Shown: positions 23,960 through 26,365 of the stretch, piece after piece
Numbering within the stretch: the first letter of the stretch is position 1
Layout: every line of letters starts with the position of its first letter
Virus record (IMG/VR): IMGVR_UViG_3300033417_000045
Location: 1 to 26,365 of that record
Origin: a virus
Taxonomy: Duplodnaviria; Caudoviricetes
Length of the DNA: 26,365 bases
Strand: one strand, 5' to 3'
Program-made: the position numbers and the translations under genes
Notes under the pieces: generated by a model
Databases searched by the model: none
Told to the model about the DNA's origin: nothing
The model's input: only the letters and a program-made list of their open reading frames with translations

Positions 23960-25410
23960 GTGCCGTTGGCCCCCGATCCGACCATTCTCTCCGATCGCGT
24001 TCGCTGGCTGATGTGGCCGGCCGCGGTCACATCATCGTAGAAGGACATCACACACCCATCGGCGCGGTCGGGAGACCCCTGGTCCGATCGCTTCACGAAC
24101 TCGTCCTTCGATTCGAGAATAAGTTTCCCCTTCTTGTTCACGAAATAGAGTCGGGTCGTCAACTGCTTCAATAGCTGGTGATCTTTTGGCAGATAACATG
24201 CTTCCTGTTTTACCAATCTTGCCAATGAGAACCACGCCTCGGTGATCTTGTTATCGTAGTCGGCATCGATCGCTTTTCCAGCGTTATGGAACTCAAGTAC
24301 CTGCTTTTGCTCATCATAGAACTTGTGCATGACGCCCTGGCCCATGCCCCCCGCATCGGCCACGAACCAACACTGATCGTCCTTCCACATCGCCCCCTTC
24401 TGCATGTTGAAGGCGATGTCCGTGACATCGCTCGGTTCCATGTGCGAGAAGAACTTCCACTCGACGATCGCGTTGCCTGCGCGGCGAAAGATAGTGCTCT
24501 CGTCCCCGCCAAAGCGGGCATAGTCGATGCCGAACTGCTTCGCGATCCCGCCGCCGTACCTTTCCTCGCGAGCGAGCCTGGACGCCTTGAGCATGAAGGA
24601 CTTGTCCATGCACTTTTCGACCTGCTCGCTCGACAGGACGCAGTTCGGGTCCGTGTGAGGGAACTCACCGAGCACGCGAACTCTGTATACATCCGAGTCC
24701 CTGCCGAACTCGTCGGCGAGGTCTTTATTTCGCTGCGGATTGACGATGTGGGGGTAATCTCGGGCGGTGTCCTCGGCATTGAAGGAGAACGTAGACCACC
24801 TATCCTTGTTCGCATGGAAGCAGTCAAAAAACGCGCAATCTCGTGTATTGGGGTTGCCGATCTGAATGAACAGAGCATTGGGGTTAGAGAGCGTGCCCTT
24901 GAACTGTGTAATGATCTCGCGAGGAATGCCCGAGGCTTCCTCGCAGAGCACCGTCATGTTCTTCTCATGGAAGCCCTGGGCCTTTTCCTCTTGCGTGGCC
25001 GTGAACATCTTCACGCCCCAATCAGGCAGGCCGGCGATCTCGATCTTGGACTTGGTGACCTTGACGAGATTCTGGAGGAAGGGGTCGGACTTCTCCACCA
25101 GTCGTCGGGCCTCTGCGAGCCACACTTCGCGGCACTGTCGCATCGTCGGGGCCGTGACGATCGTCAGGGCGTTGACCGCCTGAAGGCACCGGAAGATCGC
25201 CACGATGACGGAGGCTGTCGTCTTGCCCGGACCCTGCCCGCTCTTAACCGCGATCCAGTTCAGACCCTTGCCGTACTGAGCTCGCATCACCGCGTTGAAG
25301 TATTGCCTCTGCTGCCACGTCGGCTTGAAGTTCATCACGAGACAGAGCTTGTAGATATCACTGCTGATCTCTCCATACACCCTCTCGAATTGTCGAGATA
25401 GTTGACCCAT
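23956..25410 (-). CDS. terL: Terminase large subunit
   Basis: Walker A AVKSGQGPGKT, TAPT..Q, Walker B VLCEEASG, coupling motif IGNP, nuclease motifs FGIDYARFGGDES, VADAGGMG, SPDRADG. Confidence 0.95.
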   Translation of the reverse strand: MGQLSRQFERVYGEISSDIYKLCLVMNFKPTWQQRQYFNAVMRAQYGKGLNWIAVKSGQGPGKTTASVIVAIFRCLQAVNALTIVTAPTMRQCREVWLAEARRLVEKSDPFLQNLVKVTKSKIEIAGLPDWGVKMFTATQEEKAQGFHEKNMTVLCEEASGIPREIITQFKGTLSNPNALFIQIGNPNTRDCAFFDCFHANKDRWSTFSFNAEDTARDYPHIVNPQRNKDLADEFGRDSDVYRVRVLGEFPHTDPNCVLSSEQVEKCMDKSFMLKASRLAREERYGGGIAKQFGIDYARFGGDESTIFRRAGNAIVEWKFFSHMEPSDVTDIAFNMQKGAMWKDDQCWFVADAGGMGQGVMHKFYDEQKQVLEFHNAGKAIDADYDNKITEAWFSLARLVKQEACYLPKDHQLLKQLTTRLYFVNKKGKLILESKDEFVKRSDQGSPDRADGCVMSFYDDVTAAGHISQRTRSERMVGSGANGT

Positions 25411-25656
25411 TCAAGGCTTCGCCCTCAATTCAGCGATCGACTCTTTCATGCTCTTCACGTTCTCATCGATCCTGATGATGGTTTCCCACATCCCCTCCAC
25501 CCGCTCGACGCGGACCTTGAGAGCGTGTAGTTGCCCCTCCTTGGCCTTCATCTCTGCCCATGCCATACCCGCCGAGAAAACGACGATTGCGGCCACCGTG
25601 ACCCATTTCCACTCAGCCTTGAGGGACTCCAGAAACTTAGCAATGGTTTTAGGCAT
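25411..25656 (-). CDS. Single-TM coiled-coil protein, 81 aa (possible holin or XhlA-like lysis protein)
   Basis: ATG at 25656 with GGGGTGA RBS. TM segment WVTVAAIVVFSAGMAWA then heptad coiled coil. Stop abuts the terL ATG. Function is inference. Confidence 0.6.
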   Translation of the reverse strand: MPKTIAKFLESLKAEWKWVTVAAIVVFSAGMAWAEMKAKEGQLHALKVRVERVEGMWETIIRIDENVKSMKESIAELRAKP

Positions 25657-25660
25657 TTCA

Positions 25661-26365
25661 TCACCCCACGTTATCTCGGATCGAGCAGGGAGAGGCCGGG
25701 ATCGAGGTAATGGCCTGCTCTGCATCGCCCTCGATATGGAAATCAATCTCGTACAGATACGCCGCTTTGCCAGGGGCCAGTGCAAGCACCTGAGCCTTTG
25801 TCATCTCAAAGGCCACGACAGCGACCGGCGCCGTGAACGACGAGATCTCGCCTTCGACCGCGAGGGTGTCTCCGCCATTCCTCTTGCGGAGGCGGAGGTA
25901 GACCGTCGTGCCGTCGCCGATCGGGTCGGCCGGCAGGCGGCTGTCACTGATCGTGAACGAGACCTTGTTGTTGTTGGCGTCGAGGTAGGCTTCGCCTCGC
26001 GTCAGCACGAGCTCGTTACCTTGCTTCGATACGTGGGTCGCGGACGCCGATTCGATAGGGCCTGCCGAGACAAGGGCCTTGACCATTTCGAGCATGGTCC
26101 GGTCCTCTTCCGTAAAACCTCGGCGAAGAGCAAACAGATAAACCCCATCGCCCTCGACAGGCGTGAACGGCAAAGGGGGTTCTGACAACATCGCCAACCC
26201 GCTCGCCATATCCCAATCCTCAATCCATCGCGAATGGTACTCTTCTTCGGAAGTGTCGTAGATCAGCACCAACCTGTTGTTGAGATCATCGTCCCCGTAG
26301 GACAGGAAAGGCAGATGAACATGCGTCGTGTCGTTGCCGGTCGCCCCCACCCCAATAACATGGGG
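25661..26365 (-). CDS. 5'-truncated probable virion-associated protein with BppU-like C-terminal domain
   Basis: Frame open to the window edge. DDDLNNRLVLI...SRWIEDWD...PFTPVEGD resembles a repeat in phage structural proteins, and TVYLRLRK...VAFEMTKAQ...YLYEIDF resembles BppU N-terminal-type beta sandwiches. Confidence 0.55.
   Translation of the reverse strand, partial: PHVIGVGATGNDTTHVHLPFLSYGDDDLNNRLVLIYDTSEEEYHSRWIEDWDMASGLAMLSEPPLPFTPVEGDGVYLFALRRGFTEEDRTMLEMVKALVSAGPIESASATHVSKQGNELVLTRGEAYLDANNNKVSFTISDSRLPADPIGDGTTVYLRLRKRNGGDTLAVEGEISSFTAPVAVVAFEMTKAQVLALAPGKAAYLYEIDFHIEGDAEQAITSIPASPCSIRDNVG

Noticed and set aside
1-26365. Stop-codon reassignment, tRNA genes, CRISPR array, introns or inteins
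   Set aside because: All core genes are intact in the standard code at normal lengths, TAA, TGA and TAG are all used as stops, and no cloverleaf, repeat-spacer array or intein motifs were seen.
1-26365. Apparent abundance of GATC, CGATCG and TCGA words (HIP1-like)
   Set aside because: Plausibly explained by ATC/GAC/GAG/TCG codon preferences. A codon-aware k-mer test would be needed and was not possible here.

Overview
A 26.4-kb piece of a GC-rich tailed dsDNA phage or prophage with a long non-contractile (siphovirus-type) tail. The + strand block 4851-21335 carries the morphogenesis genes: XkdF-like prohead protease with a probable nested scaffold, head decoration protein, lambda gpE-family capsid, neck genes, tail tube, tail chaperone G/GT with a -1 frameshift, tape measure, Dit-like protein, DUF2163 hub, NlpC/P60, central fibre and a mini fibre. 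The PBSX/P2-Q-type portal operon (4738 leftward) is divergent from this block. Terminase large subunit, an Ogr/Delta-like zinc finger and an HTH-metallophosphoesterase lie about 19 kb away on the - strand. Accessory genes include two orphan DNA methyltransferases, a DUF4406 (NDT-like) plus DUF2493 (SLOG) pair and a partial RuvC-like nuclease. Notable patterns: an almost identical 16-17 nt leader (CGAAAGGATCAA[A]CATG) after each of the portal, capsid and tail-tube genes; two back-to-back slippery heptamers; a 13-bp duplication that uncouples an overlapping gene pair; and a 16-bp repeat at two consecutive start codons. All family assignments come from motif recognition by eye, not database searches. 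No tRNA, rRNA, CRISPR array, integrase, small terminase or endolysin was recognised.
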